Positions 51,921-60,572 of a stretch of 64,000 nucleotides of DNA are shown one piece after another (the stretch's first letter is position 1; each line of letters begins with the position of its first letter). The stretch spans positions 256,001 to 320,000 of the forward strand of contig CAWBKB010000006.1 of the NCBI GenBank assembly GCA_963789265.1. The letters are read 5' to 3'. Made by a program: the position numbers and the translations under genes. The stretch comes from an uncultured delta proteobacterium. Lineage in GTDB: Bacteria; Desulfobacterota; Desulfomonilia; Desulfomonilales; Desulfomonilaceae. The notes under the pieces are model-generated. The model had not been told where the DNA came from, made no database searches, and saw only the letters and a program-made list of their open reading frames with translations.

Positions 51921-53420
51921 ATGAAAACTACAAGCCAGTCAGTACAAGGGATTTCGAGGCACGCTATCCGAGAACCGGGCAGCAAACCAGACCGGATTGC
52001 CTCGCCGAATACGGATTTTGCAGGCGCGGAGGCTCCCTCGGTGATCCACCGCGTAACTGAAACATTCAGGCGAGCGCGGCCCCTTATACAACCTTTCATC
52101 GGCTTCTTATTCTTAGGGGCTTTCGGAGCACTGGCTGTCGGCTTGGTCTCGCATTTTGCCGTAATCGTTCCCCTTGAAAACAACCTCTTGTCTGCGGAAG
52201 TCCGTAGCCTGGCTACAGAGCTTGACTCCACCGTCCGGATGAGAAGCGCGCTCATAAGAATCACTGTCGGAAACTCTGAACTGGATAGCTTTCTTCAATC
52301 AGGCGGTTTGGACAAGATGCTCTACGCGCTTCGGCAGCAATTTCCGGATTTCCTTAGCTTCGAAGCTACCAACGACCGGGGGCAGGTGCAGGCGATGGGC
52401 GGCGAATTGGCCTTGTCTCAGGCGGGCCTATTCTCAAAGGCCCCCTCCGGGAAGATCACCACGGTCGATTTGGGCGATCAGCTCAAGGGGGGAACCTTCC
52501 ATGATGACCCGCAAGGGAATTGTTATTACATTACCTGCAAGCATGTCGGTTCAGGGGGGGGCAAATGGTTTACCAGGACCAGGTTTACCCGAGAGTCTGT
52601 GGCTGCGATTCTGAAATCCACCCCAACCAGACGCGTAACGCTCGTCCCTATCTCGGGAGCCTCCAAGGATATCCCCGGAGGGCCACCATCTCTCACCATG
52701 CCTCAGTCGCGCGTTGTGAGGACCATCGGTAGTTGGTGGCGCGGCCCTACGGGCGCGGAAGCTCTGCTTACAATGCCGAGTTGGCTGCTGCGCATGGAGG
52801 ACCCGGCAACGCGCTCCTTTTTGTGGCGCGCACAGATCGCTGTGCCCTTGTGCCTTATCCTTTGCTCAGTAATCGCAACAATTATCTTGAAACGCGCTTC
52901 TCTCCTCGAGAATCAGGGGCGAGATGAAGCCGCGGACGCTGCGACGGGCGGCCGGTTCCCGCCCCGGTGTGGGACCGCCTCCACAGAGCCCGAATCGTGC
53001 CGGAAGTCAGCCGTCTTGCACGAAAGAAAGAGCGAAATCCCTGCCACGATGGGAGAGGATCACTCTACCTCGGATTCGGGAGCAGAACATGGAAGCCCCG
53101 CAGTCTGTAAGGAGTCATTGGAGTCGGAGTATCGAGCGGATGTGCCCGGCGTCACCAAGCTAGTGACGATACCGGTCAACAAGTCACCGGTCGAAATTAC
53201 AGACAAAGGCGGGCAGGAGTTATGCTCCGATTACTTGGAGGAAGATGAGAAAGTTCCGGACACGCTCGAAGTGTGCTGGTTCGAGCCGTGCGAACCCTGC
53301 GAAACCGACAATCCGCAGCGTGTGGAGATGCATGAGCGTACCGGTCTTCTCTACGAAGAGGAAGGCTCCGGCAGCAGGCGATCCCCCGCGAGCGGCCACA
53401 TCCTATCGATCTCCGGGTAA
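51921..53420 (+). CDS. Hypothetical membrane protein with sensor-like extracytoplasmic region and acidic tail
   Basis: Two TM segments flanking ~250 aa. No kinase motifs. Confidence 0.6.
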   Translation: MKTTSQSVQGISRHAIREPGSKPDRIASPNTDFAGAEAPSVIHRVTETFRRARPLIQPFIGFLFLGAFGALAVGLVSHFAVIVPLENNLLSAEVRSLATELDSTVRMRSALIRITVGNSELDSFLQSGGLDKMLYALRQQFPDFLSFEATNDRGQVQAMGGELALSQAGLFSKAPSGKITTVDLGDQLKGGTFHDDPQGNCYYITCKHVGSGGGKWFTRTRFTRESVAAILKSTPTRRVTLVPISGASKDIPGGPPSLTMPQSRVVRTIGSWWRGPTGAEALLTMPSWLLRMEDPATRSFLWRAQIAVPLCLILCSVIATIILKRASLLENQGRDEAADAATGGRFPPRCGTASTEPESCRKSAVLHERKSEIPATMGEDHSTSDSGAEHGSPAVCKESLESEYRADVPGVTKLVTIPVNKSPVEITDKGGQELCSDYLEEDEKVPDTLEVCWFEPCEPCETDNPQRVEMHERTGLLYEEEGSGSRRSPASGHILSISG

Positions 53421-53757
53421 GCTCCCCACTTCAAGCCAATCTCCAACCCATGTAAAATAAACGGGTTTTGTTGTAGAATCATGTCCAACGAAGGGGCATA
53501 ACAGGACTCGGGTTGGGCCTGGAGGGACCACAGACAGGCCTGCCACAGGCCGCAGTAACGTCAAGCTTTCGCACCAATGAGCGACGCGGGAAAAGACCGA
53601 TACACTCGCTTCGCCGGAAAGAGTCTTCCGTATCTTTCCATCATTGACCAACGAGAGCCCCGCTACGTGCGGCCCGGAGTCAGTGTATAATTCAGGAGCC
53701 GGAGCCGGGTTGCGTGCCGGCGCTCAACAATGAACCACAAGCACAGGCCGGTTCACA

Positions 53758-55080
53758 ATGGATAAAGTCCTTACAATTGCAGGATCGGATTCGGGTGGCG
53801 GATCGGGCATACAGGCTGACCTGAAAACCATACTTTCTCTGGGTGGGTATGGCATGAGCGTGGTCACCGCGGTGACGGCGCAGAATACCTTGGGGATCCA
53901 GGGGATCGTCCCGATCTCTCCGGAATTTGTCGCGTTGCAGTTGGAATCCACCTTGGGCGACATCGGGGCAGATTGCGTCAAGACAGGCATGTTGGTTAAC
54001 GCGGAAACCGTGCACGTTGTCGCAGAAAAGATCGGGAAATACCAGATTGAAAAGGTAGTTGTGGATCCTGTTGTCGCTTCGGAGCGGGGTTTTGTTCTTC
54101 TGGATCAGGAGGGAAGGAAGGCGCTTGTCAAAGAGCTGTTTCCCGTGGCCTATCTCCTTACCCCCAATATACCTGAAGCCGAGATACTGACCGGCAAGAC
54201 GATCGGCAATGTATCCGACATGAAAAAGGCCGCCAAAAAACTGCTTAAGATGGGCCCCAAATTCGTTTTGGTCAAGGGGGGGCACTTGAAAGAAATGCCT
54301 GTGGACGTGCTGTACGACGGCAGCCAACACTACGAGTTCTCCACTCAGCGCGTCCGCACGCGTCACACTCACGGCACGGGCTGCACTCTTGCCTCAGCCA
54401 TAGCCACCCTCCTGGCACAGGGCACGCCTCTAATAGAGTGCATAGATCAGGCGAAACGCTATCTCTACAGGGCACTTCGGTTCTCACTGAGTCTTGGAAG
54501 CGGCATCGGGCCGACCAACCATTTCGCTTCCATCACTCGAGAAATTGCTCGGACCCATGTAATTGAAGAACTCGACAAGGCACTGGAACGACTTAAGCGA
54601 TTGAATGTCGGGCATCTGATCCCGGAAGTGCAGTCGAATCTGGCATACGCTATTCCTTTCGCTGAGTCTGTGGACGATGTGGCTTCCTTTCCCGGTCGCA
54701 TCATCAGGCTGGTAAACACCGTGGCTACCATGGCCTCGGCCAAGTTCGGAGCGTCCAGACAGATTCATCACCTTGTGTTGGCCGCGATGGAATACGATCC
54801 CCAGCGACGCGCTGCGATGAACATCGCTTATTCGGACGCGCTCGTGAACCGGATCCGCTCACTTGGTTACACCGTCGCTGAATTCGATCGAAGTCGAACT
54901 CCTCCGGACCTCGCTCAAGAAGAGGGAAGCACCCTCGCGTGGGGGGTCCAAGATGTGATGGAGGAACTTGGGAAGGTGCCGGATGCGATCTTCGACCGCG
55001 GTGTGGTAGGCAAGGTGCCCATGATAAGGATCTTCGGAAAAGATCCCGCGTCCATAGTAAACCTTATAGCCAGACTCTGA
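53758..55080 (+). CDS. thiD: HMP/HMP-P kinase fused to ThiN-type thiamine-phosphate synthase domain
   Basis: AGSDSGGGSGIQAD and HGTGCTL, then LIPEVQSN...FPGRI...AAMNI...GKVPM. Confidence 0.9.
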   Translation: MDKVLTIAGSDSGGGSGIQADLKTILSLGGYGMSVVTAVTAQNTLGIQGIVPISPEFVALQLESTLGDIGADCVKTGMLVNAETVHVVAEKIGKYQIEKVVVDPVVASERGFVLLDQEGRKALVKELFPVAYLLTPNIPEAEILTGKTIGNVSDMKKAAKKLLKMGPKFVLVKGGHLKEMPVDVLYDGSQHYEFSTQRVRTRHTHGTGCTLASAIATLLAQGTPLIECIDQAKRYLYRALRFSLSLGSGIGPTNHFASITREIARTHVIEELDKALERLKRLNVGHLIPEVQSNLAYAIPFAESVDDVASFPGRIIRLVNTVATMASAKFGASRQIHHLVLAAMEYDPQRRAAMNIAYSDALVNRIRSLGYTVAEFDRSRTPPDLAQEEGSTLAWGVQDVMEELGKVPDAIFDRGVVGKVPMIRIFGKDPASIVNLIARL

Positions 55081-55174
55081 CGACGACCGACGCTCGAGCC
55101 CGAGTACGATCCCATTTGTCGTGGCAGCCAATTATGTAGCTCCTTCAAATAATGGCCTGGAAAAGGCATCCCCT

Positions 55175-55202
55175 TTGACAATTTGCCTCAGACGCTTAAT
55201 AT
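55175..55202 (+). promoter_or_regulatory. Candidate sigma70 promoter upstream of moaA
   Basis: TTGACA-N16-TAATAT. Confidence 0.5.
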
Positions 55203-55359
55203 GGGCTTGGAAGTAAAAAGATTGCGATGCTGTTGCTCGGGTCACAATATTCAAATCTCTTTTGACATCTTTGCGAGGTCCGATGGCTCTTATTTCCGGC
55301 CCATTTCGCAAAACGAGTAACCGTTGAGCGAGAAAGCGATTTATTGTCCCCCTCGGGGA

Positions 55360-55640
55360 ATGGGAGAAAAACCCTCGCCTTCAGGCGAAGACTTCAGTGC
55401 GTACCCATTGTACATGTGTGGCACAAGATACAAAGATGGCAGTAGGATGCTGGTGAGCGCAGCGAACCGCATCGCTCGCGGTTTTTTCTCGATTGATGCG
55501 GTTCCCCCGCGCAGGACGCGGGCTCACCGGCATCCTACGCCGACATCAACTCCGGTCCTCTGGCGGCAGTGACAGCCGGATTCATCCGGGGGAGCGAAAA
55601 TGCCGCCGAAGCTACCGCCTTCAGGCGGTGGAGCCTTCAC
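55360..55640 (+). mobile_element. Non-autonomous IS200/IS605-family remnant (PATE-like)
   Basis: Subterminal hairpins TCGCCTTCAGGCGA and ACCGCCTTCAGGCGGT. Right end ...GGAGCCTTCAC. Left boundary uncertain. Confidence 0.65.
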
Positions 55641-55768
55641 TTAGCATCAGACTTGACCGGCAGGGACGCCGGCCCTACTATGATCCTGGTAGGACCGGCC
55701 TCCGCGCCGGTTACGAAGTTCTTCGTGAATAGTTACCTAAGACACATTCATCCTCCGAAGGATCAACC

Positions 55769-56755
55769 ATGGCAGATTCGCTAGTAGATCCGCACAGACG
55801 CGTTGTCGATTATTTGAGGGTTTCCATCACCGATCTGTGCAATTTGAGATGCCTCTATTGCAGACCGCCGGAGGGAGTCTCGCTGATTTCGCATGACGAG
55901 ATCCTCAGATACGAGGAAATCCTGACGATCATTCGCCTGTTCAGAGACATGGGGGTTCGAAAGCTTAGAATAACCGGCGGTGAACCGCTCGTCAGGCGCG
56001 GAGTTCTCGACTTCATTTCCATGCTCACAAGAATGGATGGAATCGAAGATGTAGGGCTCACCACAAACGGGGTGTTGCTGGCTTCGATGGTCCGGGGCCT
56101 TCGGGACGCCGGTTTGACTCGTATAAATATAAGTTTGGATTCGATGCGTCGTGAAACCTTCAATGAAATCACCGGTAGCGACCATTTTTGGGCGGTGCTG
56201 GACGGCATCAACGCCGCTCTGAGCGAGGGCCTTGATCCGGTGAAAATCAACGTGGTGCTTCTTGAGGGAATCAACGAGGAGGACGTTCCTGCCTTTGCGC
56301 GGCTGACTCTTGACCACGGCGTTGATGTTAGATTTATTGAACGTATGCCTTTTGGGGCTAGTCCTACCCGCCGCGGTCCGGATTCTTTCAGCGCGCGTAA
56401 GGCCCTGGAAATTATAAGTCGGGAGGTAGGGGAGCCTCATCCTGTGGATCGTGATCTCCTTGGAGGCCCGGCGACAATGTTTGGTCTTCCTGGAGCCAAA
56501 GGGCGCATCGGGGTCATAGATCCGGTCACGGGCCACTTTTGCGGCACGTGTAACCGTATGAGATTGACCGCCAGAGGTACCTTGCGACCCTGTCTGCTGG
56601 GCCCCGCGGAGATAGACATCAAAACTGCGCTGAGACGCGGCGCTTCTCTCAAAGAACTCTCTGAGATAGTCCGAAGTGCAGTTTCTGCCAAACCTGTGGG
56701 CCACACTCGGAGTTGCGCGGCAATGGCGGATGGTATGAATCTTATCGGCGGATAG
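55769..56755 (+). CDS. moaA: GTP 3',8-cyclase
   Basis: YLRVSITDLCNLRCLYC, FCGTCNRMRLT..PCL and C-terminal IGG. Confidence 0.96.
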   Translation: MADSLVDPHRRVVDYLRVSITDLCNLRCLYCRPPEGVSLISHDEILRYEEILTIIRLFRDMGVRKLRITGGEPLVRRGVLDFISMLTRMDGIEDVGLTTNGVLLASMVRGLRDAGLTRINISLDSMRRETFNEITGSDHFWAVLDGINAALSEGLDPVKINVVLLEGINEEDVPAFARLTLDHGVDVRFIERMPFGASPTRRGPDSFSARKALEIISREVGEPHPVDRDLLGGPATMFGLPGAKGRIGVIDPVTGHFCGTCNRMRLTARGTLRPCLLGPAEIDIKTALRRGASLKELSEIVRSAVSAKPVGHTRSCAAMADGMNLIGG

Positions 56756-56783
56756 AAAGGGCTTGTTCCGGGAGGCCGCGCCT

Positions 56784-56953
56784 CATAGGCGCTAACTTAA
56801 GTATGGGATTTGAGTTCGCAAGAGCCCCCTCACCCTGCCCTCTCCCGCCAGGGGAGAGGGTTTTCAGAATCCCCTCTCTCGATGGGAGGGGGCAAGGGGA
56901 GGGTGATAAGATACTGAAATCACGAATCCGATTTCATTAAGTTAGCGCCTATG
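56784..56953. mobile_element. CATAGGCG-type MITE with different palindromic cargo
   Basis: Perfect 17-bp TIR CATAGGCGCTAACTTAA. Perfect 11-bp TSD AGGCCGCGCCT. Confidence 0.88.
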
Positions 56954-57045
56954 AGGCCGCGCCTTGGGTTATACGTCCGCAACGTTGAAGGTTTGCTGTT
57001 GCAACGTCCTATTTAAGAAATTCCTGAACAAGCAGATGCAACGAC

Positions 57046-58005
57046 ATGGCCGAACCCGCGCTTACTCCCCTCTCTTTCATAGTCGTAAACAGGAATACCG
57101 CCGATCTTCTCGCCAAGTGCCTTGACAATATATTGCAATCAGATCTTCACTATGAACCCGAGATAGTCGTAGTGGACAACGGCTCAAGTGACGATTCTGT
57201 AGCGCGTGTAAAACAGAACTACCCGGGGGTAATTGTCATGGAAGCCGGCTGTAACCTCGGGTTTGCCGCGGCCAACAATAAAGCAATGCGGCAGGCCAAG
57301 GGCGAGTTTGTCTTACTTGTGAATACCGATGCTCTTCTGGACAAGGATTGCGCACAGTCTCTTTTGGACCTTATGGCGGCTGATTCCCACGTGGGAATGG
57401 TGGGCCCTCAACTGCTGAACGGGGACGGGAGCCTCCAGACTTCCTATGAGGCCGCGCCGACTTTGGCCACCGAAACGCTTAACCGAAGCCTTCTCAAGCG
57501 GCTGTTCCCCCGGAAGTTTCCAGGAAAGGGGCTCAAGTGGTCACAACCGCAACAGGTTGAGACGCTAATCGGAGCTGTGATGATGATCAGGCGTCTGGCG
57601 CTGGAGCAAGTGGGAGGATTTGACGAGGACTATTTCTTCTTCTTGGAAGAGACCGATCTGGCTGTCCGGATGCGGAAAGCCGGTTGGAAGGTCGTCCACA
57701 ATCCGTTCGCAAGGGCTTTGCACTTGCAGGGAGCAACGGCAAAGACGTATCAGGCGTCTGCCCGCATAGAGTTTTACCGTTCCCGGTACCTTTTCTTTCG
57801 CAAACACTACGGTATTCGGGCTTCGAACTTCCTGAAGGGAGTAGTCATAGCAAACCTGACGCTGAACGTGGCTGGTTTGGGACTGGCTTCCCTGATAACT
57901 TCCGGCAGCTTGGAGAAGGTCGCAGAGAAATACCGCGTTAGAGCACAATTGTGGAAATGGCACTTGCGGGGATGTCCCGATGGGCCGGGGCTGCCGCGTA
58001 AATAG
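57046..58005 (+). CDS. Glycosyltransferase family 2
   Basis: VVDNGSSD, NLGFAAANN, NTD and GGFDEDYFFFLEETD. Confidence 0.92.
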   Translation: MAEPALTPLSFIVVNRNTADLLAKCLDNILQSDLHYEPEIVVVDNGSSDDSVARVKQNYPGVIVMEAGCNLGFAAANNKAMRQAKGEFVLLVNTDALLDKDCAQSLLDLMAADSHVGMVGPQLLNGDGSLQTSYEAAPTLATETLNRSLLKRLFPRKFPGKGLKWSQPQQVETLIGAVMMIRRLALEQVGGFDEDYFFFLEETDLAVRMRKAGWKVVHNPFARALHLQGATAKTYQASARIEFYRSRYLFFRKHYGIRASNFLKGVVIANLTLNVAGLGLASLITSGSLEKVAEKYRVRAQLWKWHLRGCPDGPGLPRK

Positions 58006-58125
58006 GGTCAGCCGCAAGCGAGTATTATCTGCGATTCCATGTGCTTGCGCCTAAGTCCAATTAATAATTCGGGTCAGGCATTCTCCGACCCACGACAATG
58101 AAGGGGATTCAAGGACCACAGTATT

Positions 58126-58184
58126 GGTGGGACAGGCATCTTGCCTGTCATTTTGTGATCGACAGGCAAGATGCCTGTCCCACC
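58126..58184. repeat. Perfect inverted repeat between convergent genes
   Basis: GGTGGGACAGGCATCTTGCCTGTC / GACAGGCAAGATGCCTGTCCCACC. Confidence 0.85.
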
Positions 58185-58205
58185 GAATTTTGGCAAATAG
58201 GGTCT

Positions 58206-58568
58206 TCATCCAAAGATGGTTTCGACTTGGTAAGGATGAGTTCCCTTTATGATTTCAATCCCGCATTTTGCCTCCATTTTGGTCATAATGGATTCACAAT
58301 GCTCGCAATTGACAAGACAAGGGGACAGGTGAATCTTTGTTGGATCTGCTTCGAGAGGCGAATTCCAAAGCTTCATGAGGGCCAGCCTGGGAAGCAATTG
58401 ATCGCCGGGGCAGCCTCCACAGCTTACGATGCCCATCAACTCCACCTTTTGTTCCGCGTATCTCGAGAACTCCCCGTCACGTCTGCTAAAAGCAACGAGA
58501 CAGCGAGAACATCCGACGCAGACCTTATTCATTCCTTTCTCACAGCCGACTATCAGCAATCTTTCCAT
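58206..58568 (-). CDS. CGGC domain protein
   Basis: CVGCSRC, SCGGCPG and GTH. Confidence 0.85.
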   Translation of the reverse strand: MERLLIVGCEKGMNKVCVGCSRCLVAFSRRDGEFSRYAEQKVELMGIVSCGGCPGDQLLPRLALMKLWNSPLEADPTKIHLSPCLVNCEHCESIMTKMEAKCGIEIIKGTHPYQVETIFG

Positions 58569-58633
58569 TTCTTTGACCTCACAACGCCCCATGGGATAAT
58601 TTTCGGTGCACCATTTATCATCACGCGTCAGAT

Positions 58634-59344
58634 TCATTGACCCCTCCCTTGAGGGAGCCGTATGAGATAACGAACGGGAACAATCTTTTCCCTCTTATCG
58701 GTGGTCTCGATCAGAGCTATGCCACTAATGAAGGCTTTCCCTTCCTGTCGCTGAACCTTGACGGACAATTGAAAATTCGTCTTGCCGCCTGAAGGCACTA
58801 TAAGTTCTTTCGGAATCAACTGTAGTTCATCCGCGTTATTCGACTTGGCTCCTTTTACAGTAACTGGTTCTGTTCCGCTATTGGTGGCTGTCAGCGTAAA
58901 CACCGCATCCTTTCCCCATTCAGCCAAAGAGCGGCCCAGAGTGCGTGGCTCTATACTAATGTTCCTGACCACGTTGAAGTTGAGCTTTATAGTGGTCAGG
59001 GGACGCTCCGGGTCATTCGAATGAACCACAATGCTTTTGGAATGCAAGCCTGAGTACATCCCCTTCGTGTTAATTTGAACAAAGATTTTGCTCGAGGCCC
59101 CCGGAGCTATGTCTTTGCTTCCCCTCACTCCCTTCGCACAGCCGCAGGACGAGTCGATTCTTCCGAGAACCAGTACGGCATCGCCGGTATTGGTCAGTTT
59201 CAGCTCGACAGATGGCGACTCGCCATGCATGACTTCTCCGAAGTCGTGCTCCACAGCATCGAAACTTATCCGGGGCCCCGCCGCCGACATACCGCTTGGC
59301 AGCAAGCACCACAACGCTCCTAAAATTACTAAGGCTTTTGTCAT
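58634..59344 (-). CDS. Exported DUF1573 (Ig-like) domain protein
   Basis: HDFG, NTGD..L, SSCGC and SNDP. Confidence 0.82.
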   Translation of the reverse strand: MTKALVILGALWCLLPSGMSAAGPRISFDAVEHDFGEVMHGESPSVELKLTNTGDAVLVLGRIDSSCGCAKGVRGSKDIAPGASSKIFVQINTKGMYSGLHSKSIVVHSNDPERPLTTIKLNFNVVRNISIEPRTLGRSLAEWGKDAVFTLTATNSGTEPVTVKGAKSNNADELQLIPKELIVPSGGKTNFQLSVKVQRQEGKAFISGIALIETTDKREKIVPVRYLIRLPQGRGQ

Positions 59345-59552
59345 GAATAACCCCTCCTCTTTACGCACGATAGTCTCTTTGGACTAAGGCCTCGCCCGTG
59401 GCCGCGGCAAAGGGACGACTTGTTTTCCTTTCGATAGGTTGATCGAACTGAATCGTGCGATCCCCTAAACTTTTTGACTTGCCCTCCACGGATAAGCCAA
59501 GGTATAAATCAATCGTAAAAACCGCGTCAAACGACTTTTTTCGACCATTCCA

Positions 59553-59567
59553 ATCGTTTATTTCGAA
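59553..59567. promoter_or_regulatory. Candidate LysR T-N11-A operator
   Basis: TCG-N7-CGA immediately upstream of the LysR RBS. Confidence 0.5.
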
Positions 59568-59578
59568 GGAAGATCTAT

Positions 59579-60484
59579 ATGGAACTACGCCAACTGAAAA
59601 CTTTTCGAACCGTAGCCACACTCCTAAGCTTCAATCGCGCCGCTGAGGTCTTAAACTATGCACAGTCCACTATATCTGCACAAATAAAGGCTCTGGAAGA
59701 GGATCTGGGAGTGATGCTCTTTGATAGAATGGGGAAACGAATTGTTCTCACCGAGGCCGGCGAACTATTAGTCCAATACGCTCAAAAGATGCTTGATATC
59801 GAGGCGGAAACCATGGCCGATGTTAAAGGCAGAAATCAACCCCAGGGATCTTTGACGATCAGGGTGCCTCAAAGCATCGCCAATAATTACTTGCCCAAAG
59901 TCGTGAGCGAGTTTCGAAACCATTTTCCGAGGGTCAGCCTTAATTTCCACACCTGCGCGTTTCACAGCTTAGAGCACGAACTTCATACCGGGGTCACTGA
60001 TCTTGCGTTTCTATTGGCCGAGTCCATTCAATCGGGGAATTTGGTCGCGGAGCCGCTGCGATTTGAGCGTCTGCTCATGGTGTCTGATCCCGACAATCCC
60101 TTGGCCAGAAAGGCGAAGGTTTCGCTCACTAATTTGGCCGACCAGTCGCTCTTTCTCGCTGGCTCTGATTGCGGCTACCGAATGATATTCGAGCAGATGC
60201 TGACGGAAGCAAACGTGAAGCCGCAGACTCTGCTCGAATTCAATACCGTGGAAATGCTCAAGGCCTGCCTTAAAACGAGTCAGGGAGTTACACTGATGCC
60301 AGAGGTAACCGTTAGGGCCGAGATTGATCGGGGGGAGCTGTCGATCTTACAGTGGGAGGACGAATTTATGGAAACAGCCGTTCTGATGATATGGCATAAG
60401 GCGAAATGGCTTTCGCCCACGTTGCAGGCATTCCTCAATATTTCGAGAAACCATAATTGGCGCCCAACAAAGCGGTACGATTGA
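59579..60484 (+). CDS. LysR family transcriptional regulator
   Basis: MELRQLKTF...SFNRAAEVLNYAQSTIS...LEEDLG. Confidence 0.95.
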   Translation: MELRQLKTFRTVATLLSFNRAAEVLNYAQSTISAQIKALEEDLGVMLFDRMGKRIVLTEAGELLVQYAQKMLDIEAETMADVKGRNQPQGSLTIRVPQSIANNYLPKVVSEFRNHFPRVSLNFHTCAFHSLEHELHTGVTDLAFLLAESIQSGNLVAEPLRFERLLMVSDPDNPLARKAKVSLTNLADQSLFLAGSDCGYRMIFEQMLTEANVKPQTLLEFNTVEMLKACLKTSQGVTLMPEVTVRAEIDRGELSILQWEDEFMETAVLMIWHKAKWLSPTLQAFLNISRNHNWRPTKRYD

Positions 60485-60572
60485 TGGTACTTAAAACCGG
60501 ATGCGCTGATCGCTTGATCGATCACAGATGCCCTCTGCGTGGCTTTGGGGCTCGAAACTAGGCCGGTCAATT

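Noticed and set aside
53500..53757. TPP riboswitch upstream of thiD
   Set aside because: The conserved TPP motifs are absent.
55781..56704. Long antisense ORFs (also 37111-37935, 61789-62730, 11155-11781)
   Set aside because: They are shadows of well-supported genes on the opposite strand and have no motifs.
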